Of a stretch of DNA of 64,000 bases, positions 54,893-64,000 are shown piece after piece. The stretch is from an uncultured Planctomycetia bacterium (GTDB lineage Bacteria; Omnitrophota; Gorgyraeia; 2-02-FULL-51-18), in the NCBI GenBank assembly GCA_964431835.1, contig CAYSKO010000002.1, forward strand, positions 22,802-86,801, in the 5' to 3' direction. Each line of letters begins with the position of its first letter. Positions within the stretch are counted from its first letter, which is position 1. The translations under genes were made by a program, and so were the position numbers. Below the pieces are notes generated by a model. The model did not search any database and was not told the origin of the DNA. It saw only the letters and a program-made list of their open reading frames with translations.

Positions 54893-56508
54893 GGGCGGTA
54901 CCCGTTCGTAAGAGGCATCCTGCGGTCGCGGCCGAAGGCCTTCGGCGTGATTTTCACTCCCGGAGGCGCCTGCCGGCGTTTGTACTCGTTCGCGTAGATC
55001 ATCCGCGCGGTTTTTTTTGCGACGGATGCCGGGACGCCGGTGCGCACGATCTCCGCCACGGGGCGGTCCCGTTCGACGAACGCCTCGATGAAACGGTCGA
55101 GCACCGGATACGGAGGTAGGGAGTCCTGGTCCTTTTGTCCGTGGCGAAGTTCGGCGGTCGGAGGGCGGCGCAGGATCGATTCCGGGATCCTTCCCTTCTT
55201 CGAGAGCGCGTTCCTTCGGCGGGACAGCCGGAAGACGAGCGTCTTGGGAACGTCCTTGAGAGGCGCGAAACCTCCCGCCATGTCGCCGTAAAGCGTACAG
55301 TAACCCGTCGCGATCTCGCTCTTGTTTCCAGTCGTCAGCACCAAATGACCGAATTTGTTCGAAAGGGCCATGAGAAGGGTCCCGCGGACGCGCGCCTGCA
55401 GATTCTCCTCGGCTGCGTCCGGCTTCCGCCCGCCGAACACCGGCGCGAGGGCCGCGAGAAAAGCCTCGAAGACCGGCGTGATGCGGATCTCGCGGCATTC
55501 GATTCCGAACGATTTCGCTAGCGTCCACGCGTCGCGCAGCGTGCCCTTGGACGAATAGGGAGAAGGCATCGTGACGCCGAGCACGTTTTCCGCGCCGAGC
55601 GCGTCGACGGCGATGCGGGCCACGAGCGCGGAGTCAATTCCGCCCGAAAGCCCGATCGCCACTTTCGAGAAACCGTTCTTCCGGACGTAATCGCGCGTGC
55701 CAAGTGTAAGCGCGTGGTAGACCTCGTCCTCGTCCGAAAGCGGCCGCTCCGGGCGCGCGCCACGCTTGCTCCGCGGGTCCACCCAGATCAGATCCTCCTC
55801 GAACCGCTTTGCCGCTCCTAAAACCCGTCCCTCAGGATCCATCGCGACGCTGCCACCGTCGAACACGAGCTCGTCCTGCCCACCGACCAAGTTTGCGTAA
55901 AGAACTGTCGCGCGCGTACGCGCCGCGAGTTTTTTTAGAAGCTTTTCCCTTTCGGACTGCTTGCCGCGGTGATACGGCGACGCGGAGAGATTGGCGATCA
56001 CGTCGACTGAACCCGCGTATTCCGGCCGGTAGACGAAACTTTCCTCTTGCCAGATATCCTCGCAGATCGTCACGCCGACGCGGAAGCCTTGGATATCCAC
56101 CACCAACGGCTCTGCGCCAGGATGGAAATAGCGGCGTTCGTCGAACACGCCGTAATTCGGAAGTTGGTTTTTACGGTAGACGCTCTCGAGGCGTCCGTTT
56201 CGGAAAAAAGCGGCGGCGTTGTAAAGGCGGTCGTCCGGCCCCCGGTCGACGAAACCGACCAGCGCGGACAGGCGCCGGGTATGGACGCCAAGGTGTGCGA
56301 GAGCGCGGAGATTCGCGGACACGAAGCCGCCCTGAAACAACAGATCTTCCGGCGGGTATCCCGTAAGCGCGAGCTCTGGAAAGACGACGAGTGAAGCGCC
56401 GCCGCGACGCGCGACGCCGAGCGCGTCAGCGATCTTCCGGAAGTTGCCCTCCAGGTCGCCGACCGTCGCGTTGGCTTGGGCCAAGCAGAAGCGGGCGTGG
56501 GGCTTCAC
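54889..56508 (-). CDS. nadE: Glutamine-dependent NAD+ synthetase (N-terminal CN-hydrolase domain plus NAD synthase domain), GTG start
   Basis: CN hydrolase motifs (VVFPELALTGYPPEDL; ICEDIW) and the NadE P-loop GLSGGIDSALVA; GTGA overlap with queD. Confidence 0.85.
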   Translation of the reverse strand: MKPHARFCLAQANATVGDLEGNFRKIADALGVARRGGASLVVFPELALTGYPPEDLLFQGGFVSANLRALAHLGVHTRRLSALVGFVDRGPDDRLYNAAAFFRNGRLESVYRKNQLPNYGVFDERRYFHPGAEPLVVDIQGFRVGVTICEDIWQEESFVYRPEYAGSVDVIANLSASPYHRGKQSEREKLLKKLAARTRATVLYANLVGGQDELVFDGGSVAMDPEGRVLGAAKRFEEDLIWVDPRSKRGARPERPLSDEDEVYHALTLGTRDYVRKNGFSKVAIGLSGGIDSALVARIAVDALGAENVLGVTMPSPYSSKGTLRDAWTLAKSFGIECREIRITPVFEAFLAALAPVFGGRKPDAAEENLQARVRGTLLMALSNKFGHLVLTTGNKSEIATGYCTLYGDMAGGFAPLKDVPKTLVFRLSRRRNALSKKGRIPESILRRPPTAELRHGQKDQDSLPPYPVLDRFIEAFVERDRPVAEIVRTGVPASVAKKTARMIYANEYKRRQAPPGVKITPKAFGRDRRMPLTNGYRP

Positions 56509-56843
56509 AGGGACAGGGTCGTGCGGGTGCGGGAATCCCGCTCGAGAGACAGGCTGCGCAGGCGCGCAGGTGCGGCGGCGCGTTCTACGATCGGCCAAAA
56601 GGCGGCAAGGAGAGAGCGGTCATCAATCGAAGTCCCCTTCAAGAAATCCACATGGATCCCGAGGTCGCGCGATTCGATCTTCGAAACGAGTTCGCGTTCT
56701 ACCGTCTCCACGAAACGTGTCTCGGCTTCCTCGTCCGCGGGGGCTTCGAGGGCGGCTTCGAGGACAAAATTGCGGCCGAGCACCTTCTCCCCTCTGGCGT
56801 AACTCGCGCTGAACGGGAACTGCTTCGTAAAGAGGAGGGTCAT
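56505..56843 (-). CDS. queD: 6-pyruvoyl-tetrahydropterin synthase family protein (QueD-like)
   Basis: FTKQFPFSASYARGEKVLGRNFVLEAAL... resembles the PTPS/QueD N-terminal pattern (F.F.A.H); compact size. Confidence 0.5.
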   Translation of the reverse strand: MTLLFTKQFPFSASYARGEKVLGRNFVLEAALEAPADEEAETRFVETVERELVSKIESRDLGIHVDFLKGTSIDDRSLLAAFWPIVERAAAPARLRSLSLERDSRTRTTLSL

Positions 56844-56862
56844 CGCGGCAGGCGCGGCGCGC

Positions 56863-57432
56863 CTACTTCTTACCGGTGAGGTTCATGAACTCCATGCGGG
56901 TGCCGCGGTCCGTTCTGAACGCGCCGAGCATCGAGCTTGTCACGCAGGTGGCGTTCCGTTGTTCGACTCCGCGCATGGCCATGCAAAGATGGACGCATTC
57001 GATCGTGACGGCGACGCCGAGTGGATCGAGCGCTTCCTGCAGGCAGTTGGCGATCTGCTGCGTGAGCCTCTCCTGCACCTGCAGGCGGCGCGCGAAAATG
57101 TCGACGATCCGCGGAATTTTGGACAAGCCGATGATACGACCCTTCGGCAGATAAGCGACGTGGCAGCGACCGTAGAACGGGAGAAGATGGTGCTCGCAAA
57201 GGCTGTAGACGTCGATGTCCTTCACGATCACCATCTCGTCGTAGCTCTCGTCAAAAATGGCGCCGTTCAAAACTTCGCGGACGTCGCGCTTGTACCCACT
57301 CGTCAAATAGGCGTAGGCGGCCTTCACGCGCTTGGGGGTCCGGCGCAGGCCCTGCCGCTCGGGATGCTCACCCAGCGCGATTAGAAGATCACGTGTCAGG
57401 TCTTCGATGTTCTTTTTCTTCATAGGGCTCAA
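56863..57432 (-). CDS. folE: GTP cyclohydrolase I (FolE)
   Basis: [20 protein letters not shown] and [10 protein letters not shown] motifs; the internal ATG at 57423 is an alternative start. Confidence 0.85.
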   Translation of the reverse strand: MSPMKKKNIEDLTRDLLIALGEHPERQGLRRTPKRVKAAYAYLTSGYKRDVREVLNGAIFDESYDEMVIVKDIDVYSLCEHHLLPFYGRCHVAYLPKGRIIGLSKIPRIVDIFARRLQVQERLTQQIANCLQEALDPLGVAVTIECVHLCMAMRGVEQRNATCVTSSMLGAFRTDRGTRMEFMNLTGKK

Positions 57433-57463
57433 TTATAAGGGGGTTCGAACGGGCCTACAACGA

Positions 57464-57507
57464 ATAAAAAAACCCCGCCCCCGGCGTGCCGGAAGCGGGG
57501 TTTTTGG
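57464..57507. terminator. Bidirectional intrinsic terminator (A-run / GC stem / T-run)
   Basis: aaaaaaccccgcccccggcgtgccggaagcggggttttt reads as a terminator on both strands, between folE (promoter side) and the small secreted protein gene (3' side). Confidence 0.55.
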
Positions 57508-57513
57508 TCTCTA

Positions 57514-57858
57514 TTACTGGAGGCGAGCCTTCTCGGGGGTGATGAGGGGCTGCTTCTTCGGGATCCAGAACGTGAGAAGATCGATCGCTCCGGCACCCAT
57601 GCGGTGGATGGTACGGCGAACGCCGATCGCGCCACCGGCCGCCACACCCGTCAGCTGCTCGCCGGCCGTCTTACCCTTCGAGGCTTCCTGGTGTGTGCTG
57701 TCCATGACTTCGACCCAGCCGGTGGAGACGTTCCGAGCACCGGACTTGACGTTCTTGATCTGTTCCGTACCCGAGGCCGTGGCTTCGCCGTCGGCAAAAG
57801 CCGGCGTGGCGACGATGGCCGTCGAGAAAAGAACCGCCATTGCGATAGATTTCTTCAC
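57514..57858 (-). CDS. Small secreted hypothetical protein (114 aa)
   Basis: Signal peptide MKKSIAMAVLFSTAIVATPAFA and a Gly/Ala-rich mature region; strong AGGAGG-type SD. Confidence 0.4.
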   Translation of the reverse strand: MKKSIAMAVLFSTAIVATPAFADGEATASGTEQIKNVKSGARNVSTGWVEVMDSTHQEASKGKTAGEQLTGVAAGGAIGVRRTIHRMGAGAIDLLTFWIPKKQPLITPEKARLQ

Positions 57859-57959
57859 TCTACGTTCCTCCTTATATGTTGTAAGTACAACCCACTGTAA
57901 AGGCTGTGAGTAAACTTTAGCATACGGCTTAATAGATGTACAAGTATTTTTATGTATTC

Positions 57960-58460
57960 TTAACGAAAATTAACAAACTGCAGTTCTACCCCGAAATCCT
58001 GGGCGCGCATCTTCTGGATCACGGCCTGAAGGTCGTCGAGCTGGGCGCCCTTCACGCGGATCTGGTCCCCTTCGATGGATGCTTGGACCTTCATCTTGAG
58101 ATCCTTCACGCCTTTTACGATCTCACGTGCCTTGTCCGACTCGATGCCGCTTTTCACTTTGACCACCTGCTTGATCGAGCCGCCGACCATGCCGGACTCG
58201 ATCTTCTGGAAATCGAGGGCCTTCAGCGAAACGCCCCGCTTCACGAATTTGGTCTGGACCATGTCGACGAGGGCCTTCAGCTTGTACTCGTTCTCGCATT
58301 TCAGGACGATCTGCTTCTCCGTCTTGTCGAAATCGATGGAGCTCATCGAGCCTTTGAAGTCGAAGCGCTGGTCGAGCTCTTTCTTTGCCTGCGAAACGGC
58401 GTTGTCGACTTCCTGCCAGTTCACTTCGGATACGACGTCGAACGAATGATCTTTGGCCAC
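57960..58460 (-). CDS. yajQ: YajQ family (UPF0234) nucleotide/c-di-GMP-binding protein, GTG start
   Basis: HSFDVVSEVNWQEVDNAVSQAKKELDQRFDFKG and the remainder match YajQ along its full length; GAGGT SD 4 nt before the GTG. Confidence 0.75.
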   Translation of the reverse strand: MAKDHSFDVVSEVNWQEVDNAVSQAKKELDQRFDFKGSMSSIDFDKTEKQIVLKCENEYKLKALVDMVQTKFVKRGVSLKALDFQKIESGMVGGSIKQVVKVKSGIESDKAREIVKGVKDLKMKVQASIEGDQIRVKGAQLDDLQAVIQKMRAQDFGVELQFVNFR

Positions 58461-58462
58461 GG

Positions 58463-59701
58463 TTACCTCGTCAGGATGAAGTTGGCTAGATTGAAATACA
58501 CGAAAAGCGCTTGAATGTCGCAGAGGGCGAGGACCAGCGGCCCGGACGCCACGGACGGGTCGACTTTGATCATCTTGAAGAAAAGCGGAAGCGTGAGACC
58601 GACCACCGCCGAGATGAGGATCGAAGTCAGGATCGAGCAGGCGATGGCCACGCCGAGCATAGGGTTCCCCTGCCAGATTGACGTGAAGGTTCCGGCGAGA
58701 GCGCCGCAGATGATACCCAGAATAAGACCGACGAATACCTCCTTCAAGTAGAGAGGCCACAGATTCTTCGTGTCGAGCACGCCCAGCATCGAACGGCGCA
58801 CGACGATCGTTGCGCCCTGGATACCGATCGACTCGGCCATTCCGAGGACAACCGGAACGAAAATGAAGAGGACGGCGAGCGTCTTGCCGCCGTGCTGAAA
58901 AGCCTCGGCGATGTATGCGCAGAAGAGGCCGCTCGCGATGCTAAAAAGAAGCCACGGCAGGCGGAGGCGGATAATCTTCCGGGCCGGGAGATCCTTAAGC
59001 TCCTCCGCGTCCGTACCGACGAGCTTGGCGATTTCTTCGTTGGCCTGCTCCTTGACGGCTTGGAGGACGGTGTCCGACAAGATCATCCCGACCAGGCGCC
59101 GGGCGCCGTTGACAACCGGCAGCGCTAAATGCCGATGGGACTGCATGGTCTTCGTGACTTCGGCCTTCGGAAGGCTCGTCGGCAGAATGACGACTTCTCG
59201 CGTCATGAATTCCTCGACCGGACGGTCGAGTGGATTGAGGATGAGGTCCTGCGTCTCGATTACGCCCACAATCTTTCCGGTCGCTTCCAAGACGTAAATG
59301 TACGGATTGCGACCCTTCTTCTCGTGCGGGGTCAAATGCAGGTATTCGATCGCGTCCGCAACGTTCGTACCTACCGGAATGCTGAGGCACTCCTTTGCCA
59401 TCATCGAACCGGCGCAGCCCTCGGGGAACGAAGTAATTTCCTCGATCTGCTGCCGGCGGATCGGCGAGAGCCCCGTGAGCACCTGCGCGGCGAAGTCGGC
59501 CGGGAGACCCCGGACGAGGTCCGCGGCGGCGTCGGAACGAAGTTGCTTCACGACTTCGACCATGTAAGCCACGCCTAGATCGCCCGTGATCGCGGCGGCC
59601 TTCTCGGTGGATTTATCGGCGAGTTCCGTGGCCGCCTGAGACGCGTTGGACTCGGCGAGTAGCGCCCACTTTTCGGCGTCGGAGAGCTTTTGAACGGACA
59701 C
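58463..59701 (-). CDS. mgtE: Magnesium transporter MgtE
   Basis: MgtE N-domain, CBS pair and a five-TM C-terminal domain. Confidence 0.85.
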   Translation of the reverse strand: MSVQKLSDAEKWALLAESNASQAATELADKSTEKAAAITGDLGVAYMVEVVKQLRSDAAADLVRGLPADFAAQVLTGLSPIRRQQIEEITSFPEGCAGSMMAKECLSIPVGTNVADAIEYLHLTPHEKKGRNPYIYVLEATGKIVGVIETQDLILNPLDRPVEEFMTREVVILPTSLPKAEVTKTMQSHRHLALPVVNGARRLVGMILSDTVLQAVKEQANEEIAKLVGTDAEELKDLPARKIIRLRLPWLLFSIASGLFCAYIAEAFQHGGKTLAVLFIFVPVVLGMAESIGIQGATIVVRRSMLGVLDTKNLWPLYLKEVFVGLILGIICGALAGTFTSIWQGNPMLGVAIACSILTSILISAVVGLTLPLFFKMIKVDPSVASGPLVLALCDIQALFVYFNLANFILTR

Positions 59702-59703
59702 GG

Positions 59704-60573
59704 TTACGAGAGCAACCTCTTCAAGGTGACGCCGATGTCGCTTAAGTTCCGGACGACGGTCACGCCTTCGGCCTCGAGAGTCGCCATCTTCTCCTGCGCG
59801 GTGCCGCTCGAACCCGAGACGATCGCACCGGCGTGGCCCATGCGCTTGCCCTTGGGGGCCGTGGCGCCGGCAATGAACGCGGCCACCTTCTTCTTCATAT
59901 TCTTATGGATGAAACGCGCGGCTTCCTCTTCCTGACTTCCGCCGATCTCACCGATCATCATGACGGCCTCGGTCGCGGGGTCTTTTTCGAAAAGCTCGAG
60001 CGTTTCAATGAAGCCCGTGCCGATGATCGGATCGCCGCCGATGCCGATGCAGGTCGTCTGACCGAGACCAGCCTGCGTGAGCTGCCACACGGCTTCGTAG
60101 GTCAAAGTGCCGCTGCGAGACACGACACCCACGCGGCCCTTCTTGTGAATGTAGCCGGGCATGATTCCGATCTTGCACTCCTCGGACGTCATAATGCCGG
60201 GGCAGTTGGGGCCGATGAGACGGGCGCCATGTGCGTCGACGTATTCGACCGCACGGGCCATGTCGAGCACTGGAATTCCTTCGGTGATGCAGATGAGAAG
60301 CCGAATACCTGCGTCGACCGCTTCCTTGATCGCGGCCAGCGCGAACGGCGCCGGAACGTAAATCATGCTGGCGGTGGCGCCGGTTGCGGAAACGGCCTGA
60401 GCCACGGTGTCGAACACCGGAATCTCGCCCACTTTCTGACCGCCCTTACCCGGCGTGACGCCGCCGACGAGCTTCGTTCCGTACGCATGGCACTGCTGGG
60501 CGTGGAAACTACCCGCTTTGCCGGTGATACCTTGGCAGATGACCTTGGTATTCTTATCGACCAGAATGGGCAT
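59704..60573 (-). CDS. sucD: Succinyl-CoA synthetase alpha subunit
   Basis: CoA-binding and phosphohistidine loop motifs (SRSGTLTYE; GHAGAIV). Confidence 0.9.
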   Translation of the reverse strand: MPILVDKNTKVICQGITGKAGSFHAQQCHAYGTKLVGGVTPGKGGQKVGEIPVFDTVAQAVSATGATASMIYVPAPFALAAIKEAVDAGIRLLICITEGIPVLDMARAVEYVDAHGARLIGPNCPGIMTSEECKIGIMPGYIHKKGRVGVVSRSGTLTYEAVWQLTQAGLGQTTCIGIGGDPIIGTGFIETLELFEKDPATEAVMMIGEIGGSQEEEAARFIHKNMKKKVAAFIAGATAPKGKRMGHAGAIVSGSSGTAQEKMATLEAEGVTVVRNLSDIGVTLKRLLS

Positions 60574-61756
60574 GGGATTTGGATTTCCTGTATTCGGCGG
60601 CTTCTTTCACCGCCGCGGCGGCGGCTTCGTTGATGGTGACGACGGAGTGGATGCGAAGCCCCGAGCTTTGAATGAGCTTCCGGCCCTCTTCGACGTTGGT
60701 TCCTTCGAGCCGCACGACGAGCGGCACCGCGAGCTGGACTTCCTTGGACGCCTGGATGACGCCTTCGGCGATGACGTCGCATTTCATGATGCCGCCGAAG
60801 ATGTTCACGAGGATCGCCTCGACACGGTCGTCCTGTAGGATGATCTTGAACGCCTCGCGCACCTGGTCGGCGGTCGCGCCGCCGCCGACGTCGAGAAAGT
60901 TTGCGGGTTCGCCGCCGGCGAGCTTGATCATGTCCATCGTGGCCATCGCGAGGCCAGCGCCGTTGACGAGGCAGCCGATGTTGCCGTTCATCGACACGTA
61001 GCTCAGGCCGAATTCCTTGGCTTTCTTCTCGCGCGCGTCATCTTCTTCGGGATCCTTCATCTCAAGCAGTTCCTTGTGGCGGAAGAGCGCGTTGTCGTCG
61101 AACACGATCTTCGCGTCGAGCGCGAGCACGCGCGGTTGGGCTTCTTTCGAGAGGGCGAGCGGATTTATCTCGCAGATCGCCGCGTCCTTCTCGACGAAGA
61201 GCCTCGCAAGCTTCACCGCCATCTCGGCGATCTGCCGGGCGACGTCGTCTTCGAACTCGCCTTTGATCGCGGCGAACGTCTCGTCGGCCGTGGGAAGCTT
61301 CTCGGGCATGAAGTGGATCTTCTTGATCGCGTTCGGGTTCGTACGCGCGACCTCTTCGATGTCCACACCGCCCTCCTTCGAGACGAGGAGGACAGGCTTG
61401 CGCGTGGAGCGATCGACGACCGCCCCGAGATAGTACTCCTTGTCGATCGGGATGTCCTCGGTGAACAGGATCGACCGGACGATCTTCGACTCACCCGCGG
61501 ACTGGTAGGTCGAAAAGGGCTGACCGAGGAACTTCTCGGCGAACGCTTTCGCCTCGTCGGCGTTTTGGATGCGCTTCACCCCGCCCGCTTTGCCGCGGCC
61601 GCCCATCAGCACCTCGACTTTCGCGATGCACGTGGGGTTGGCGTAACGACGGAACGTTTCCGCCGCCTGCGAGGCATCGGTGAATCCTTCGCCGCGCGAG
61701 GTCGGAATGCCGTACTGCTCGAAGAGCTTCTTTCCGTTCGATTCCTGGATCTTCAT
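60554..61756 (-). CDS. sucC: Succinyl-CoA synthetase beta subunit
   Basis: ATP-grasp N-domain and CoA-ligase C-domain; overlaps sucD. Confidence 0.9.
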   Translation of the reverse strand: MKIQESNGKKLFEQYGIPTSRGEGFTDASQAAETFRRYANPTCIAKVEVLMGGRGKAGGVKRIQNADEAKAFAEKFLGQPFSTYQSAGESKIVRSILFTEDIPIDKEYYLGAVVDRSTRKPVLLVSKEGGVDIEEVARTNPNAIKKIHFMPEKLPTADETFAAIKGEFEDDVARQIAEMAVKLARLFVEKDAAICEINPLALSKEAQPRVLALDAKIVFDDNALFRHKELLEMKDPEEDDAREKKAKEFGLSYVSMNGNIGCLVNGAGLAMATMDMIKLAGGEPANFLDVGGGATADQVREAFKIILQDDRVEAILVNIFGGIMKCDVIAEGVIQASKEVQLAVPLVVRLEGTNVEEGRKLIQSSGLRIHSVVTINEAAAAAVKEAAEYRKSKSHAHSGR

Positions 61757-62700
61757 ACCTTCGCCACCCGGAGGATTTCCTCGACGCCCTGACGGACTTT
61801 TGCGGCGGAGGCCTCCATCTGCTTTTTCTCGGCTTCCGCGAGCGGGATTTCGACGACCCGTCGCACGCCTTCCCTGCCGAGCTCGGCCGGAACGCCGAAA
61901 TACAGGTCTTTGATGCCGAACTCGCCGTTCAGGTACGCGCAGACCGGTAGAACCTTCTTTTCGTCCCTGAGGATCGCCTTCACCATTTCGCAGACCGACG
62001 TGGCCGGAGCGTAGAACGCGCTGCCGGTCTTTAAGAGCGCCACAACCTCCGCGCCGCCGTCGCGGGTGCGCTGCTCGATCTTGGCGAGTTCGTCCGCGGG
62101 GATAAGGTCCTTGACCGGCCTGCCAGAAACTTTCGTGTGGCTCGAGACCGGCACCATGAGGTCGCCGTGTCCGCCGAGAACGATCGCCTCGACTTCTTTA
62201 CCGACGACGTCCAGCCGCTCCGCGATGAAGAAACGCATCCGCGCGGTGTCGAGCACGCCCGCCATTCCGAACACGCGGTTCTTCGGGAAGCCGAGAGTCT
62301 CCTGCGCGAGGTAGGTCATGACGTCAAGCGGGTTCGTGACGACGATCACCACCGAGTTCGGCGCGTGCGTCTTAACGTTCTGGCAGACGTCTTTGATGAT
62401 TTTCGCATTCAGTCCGAGGAGGTCTTCGCGGGTCATTCCGGGTTTCCGGGCCATGCCGGCCGTGATCACGACGATCTCGGCGCCGGCGATGTCTTCGTAC
62501 TTGTTGGTGCCGAAAATACGGCGGTCATGGCCTTCGACCGGAGCGGATTCGTTCAGGTCGAGCGCCTTTCCCTGCGGCATTCCTTCGACGACGTCGAAAA
62601 GAACGACGTCCGAAATACCCTTCTCGAGGATCCTTTGGGCGGATGTCGCGCCGACGTTTCCGGCACCGATCACCGCGACGAACGGTTTGCGGGGTTTCAA
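61753..62700 (-). CDS. mdh: Malate dehydrogenase (LDH-like NAD-dependent family)
   Basis: VAVIGAGNVGAT Rossmann motif and the MDH/LDH catalytic motifs. Confidence 0.85.
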   Translation of the reverse strand: MKPRKPFVAVIGAGNVGATSAQRILEKGISDVVLFDVVEGMPQGKALDLNESAPVEGHDRRIFGTNKYEDIAGAEIVVITAGMARKPGMTREDLLGLNAKIIKDVCQNVKTHAPNSVVIVVTNPLDVMTYLAQETLGFPKNRVFGMAGVLDTARMRFFIAERLDVVGKEVEAIVLGGHGDLMVPVSSHTKVSGRPVKDLIPADELAKIEQRTRDGGAEVVALLKTGSAFYAPATSVCEMVKAILRDEKKVLPVCAYLNGEFGIKDLYFGVPAELGREGVRRVVEIPLAEAEKKQMEASAAKVRQGVEEILRVAKV

Positions 62701-62711
62701 AACGGTCTCCT

Positions 62712-63164
62712 TTATGCTTGCGGCAGCGCCCTCGTCAGCGCCTCGCTCACGCGGCGCGCCTCTGCACGGCCCGCGAGCTTCTCGTTTAAGTGCTTCATCA
62801 TGCGTCCGAAATCTTTTTTCGATGTTGCGCCCTGCGCCTTCACTTCATCGGCGACGATCTTCTCGAGCTCGGCGTCGCCCATCTGCTGGGGAAGATAGGC
62901 CTCGAGCACCACCACTTCGGCTTTTTCCTTGTCCGCCAGCTCGGGGCGGTTGTTCTTCGAAAACTGATCGATCGATTCGCGACGCTGTTTGATCTGCTTC
63001 TGGATGACTGTCTGCGCGTCGGCGTCCGAAAGCTCTCCCGAATTTTTATCGATCGCACTGTATTTTAACGCCGATTTAAGCATCCGCAAAGCCGAGACTT
63101 TTCCCTCGTTCTTGGCGATCATGGCCTGCTTTAAATCCTGATCGATCTTCTGGATCAAAGACAT
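62712..63164 (-). CDS. GatB/YqeY domain protein
   Basis: YqeY family conservation along its full length. Confidence 0.75.
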   Translation of the reverse strand: MSLIQKIDQDLKQAMIAKNEGKVSALRMLKSALKYSAIDKNSGELSDADAQTVIQKQIKQRRESIDQFSKNNRPELADKEKAEVVVLEAYLPQQMGDAELEKIVADEVKAQGATSKKDFGRMMKHLNEKLAGRAEARRVSEALTRALPQA

Positions 63165-63247
63165 TTTTTCTCCTTCAAGAAAAAGAACGAGGGGAGCTCG
63201 TGATCTGCGAGACCACGAACTCCCCTCCGAATTACGAGCGGCTCAGC

Positions 63248-63637
63248 TTACTGCTGCGCGGCCGTCTCAGCCTGAGCGGTCTGGTCCTGTGCGGCCTGAA
63301 CGGGGATCTGCGCGGTTTCGGAAACCGTCTGGCCCGTCGTTTCGGCGGCGCCGACGACCGGATCGACCACGAGATTGCCGGTACGCGAAAGATCTCCCTG
63401 GAGCACCGCGGCGGTGTTCTCGCCGGTCTGCGATACCACTTTGTTGCCGGTGTTGTGAAGCGTGTGTGCGGTCGTGTCCGCGGTACCCTTCACGGCTTTG
63501 CCCGGATAATTGAACAGGCGGCGAAAGAAATCCGTTACGGCGTTGCCCTTCTGCTCTTCGGCGCGAACGGGCGTCGAAATGCCGAGCGCGAGGACGACGA
63601 GCGCGGCGGCGGCGAACTGCTTGCGGTGCTTGGACAT
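63248..63637 (-). CDS. Secreted low-complexity hypothetical protein
   Basis: Signal peptide and Thr/Gly/Gln-rich repeats. Confidence 0.35.
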   Translation of the reverse strand: MSKHRKQFAAAALVVLALGISTPVRAEEQKGNAVTDFFRRLFNYPGKAVKGTADTTAHTLHNTGNKVVSQTGENTAAVLQGDLSRTGNLVVDPVVGAAETTGQTVSETAQIPVQAAQDQTAQAETAAQQ

Positions 63638-63721
63638 GCAAAGCCTCCTTGTTATGTAAGATTTCGAGTCATTATAGGAATGGCCTTCCGGTAAGTCAAG
63701 GAGAAACGGGCGGGAAGCGCT

Positions 63722-64000
63722 TTAAGAGACGGCTATTTCGTAATCCGAGACGGCGGCGCTGTCGGTGTTGGTGACCAAGAAAAACACACGGGAAATGTCT
63801 GCGGGGCCGAGCCCGTTCGACGCGGCGAGCTCCGAAAGCGACAGGCCGGCGGCCGCCCCTACGCGGACCGGCTCGAGTTCCCGGCGGATCGTCGATCCCG
63901 CGCGCGTCTCGACGACCATCTGAACGATGAGCGGCGAACCTCCCTGCCGGTGCCAAATCCCCATCCAAGGGAGTTTCTCGCGGCCGTCGAATCCGATCTC
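63722..64000 (-). CDS. 3' end of an ORF running off the window edge (hypothetical; possible HTH-like segment)
   Basis: The frame stays open to the window end; the sequence is uninformative. Confidence 0.2.
   Translation of the reverse strand, partial: EIGFDGREKLPWMGIWHRQGGSPLIVQMVVETRAGSTIRRELEPVRVGAAAGLSLSELAASNGLGPADISRVFFLVTNTDSAAVSDYEIAVS

Noticed and set aside
63722-63964. Calling the terminal minus-strand ORF a helix-turn-helix regulator
   Set aside because: The ORF is truncated by the window edge, and the LSLSELAA-like segment is too short and degenerate to support a family call.
1-64000. CRISPR arrays, insertion sequences, integrases, toxin-antitoxin or restriction-modification defence islands
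   Set aside because: No direct-repeat/spacer periodicity, transposase/integrase motifs or typical defence-gene signatures were found. The window reads as core chromosome plus pilus and respiratory accessory operons.

Overview
The window is a GC-rich (about 63% GC), gene-dense bacterial chromosomal segment with no transposase, integrase, CRISPR array or rRNA/tRNA genes. Many genes start on GTG/TTG and many neighbours overlap by 1-4 nt (ATGA/GTGA/TGATG), so operons are tightly packed.

Content, 5' to 3':
- A partial rmuC gene.
- A PC4-like small protein and a membrane protein.
- A ParA/MinD ATPase fused to an AMPK-beta-type glycogen-binding module (CBM48).
- A NUDIX hydrolase, an M48 peptidase, a secreted thermonuclease and a DUF151 bifunctional nuclease.
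- A complete type IVa pilus assembly operon: a pilM-pilN fusion, pilO, pilP, pilQ, pilB and pilC.
- A major pilin gene with its own AT-rich promoter region and terminator.
- A seven-gene translationally coupled operon in which three paralogous secreted proteins carrying a phage tail-fibre C-terminal module (VGIGTTNP motif plus peptidase S74 intramolecular chaperone) sit between prepilin-type minor pilins, ending in a PilX-N-like protein.
- A TPR protein, a prepilin fused to an HExxH metalloprotease-like domain, and a membrane protein, all translationally coupled.
- A UvrD/PcrA helicase and an MFS transporter.
- A HEAT-repeat protein coupled to a Rieske protein, a split cytochrome b and a 946-aa octaheme cytochrome c with a long coiled-coil stalk (an unusual bc complex).
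- A cupredoxin, ctaA and ctaB, small membrane proteins and a ferredoxin.
- Divergent gshB and gshA genes.
- ABC-2 exporter genes, a HAD hydrolase, an IMPase, a thioesterase, a tautomerase and an ACT protein.
- A second thermonuclease, cspA and a stand-alone PilZ protein.
- A LexA repressor with a Cheo-type operator inside a near-consensus promoter, overlapping a Y-family DNA polymerase gene.
- On the minus strand, a second minor-pilin cluster: a GspH-like pseudopilin, a 680-aa pilin-like protein and two tandem PilX-N paralogues.
- Also on the minus strand: an outer-membrane beta-barrel protein; the operon folE-queD-nadE-secreted protein-HAMP protein-ornithine cyclodeaminase; yajQ; mgtE; sucD; sucC; mdh; and a GatB/YqeY protein.

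The most interesting candidate for an undescribed system is the set of three tail-fibre-like S74 proteins inside the pilin operon. The pilin-metalloprotease fusion and the ParA-CBM48 fusion come next.
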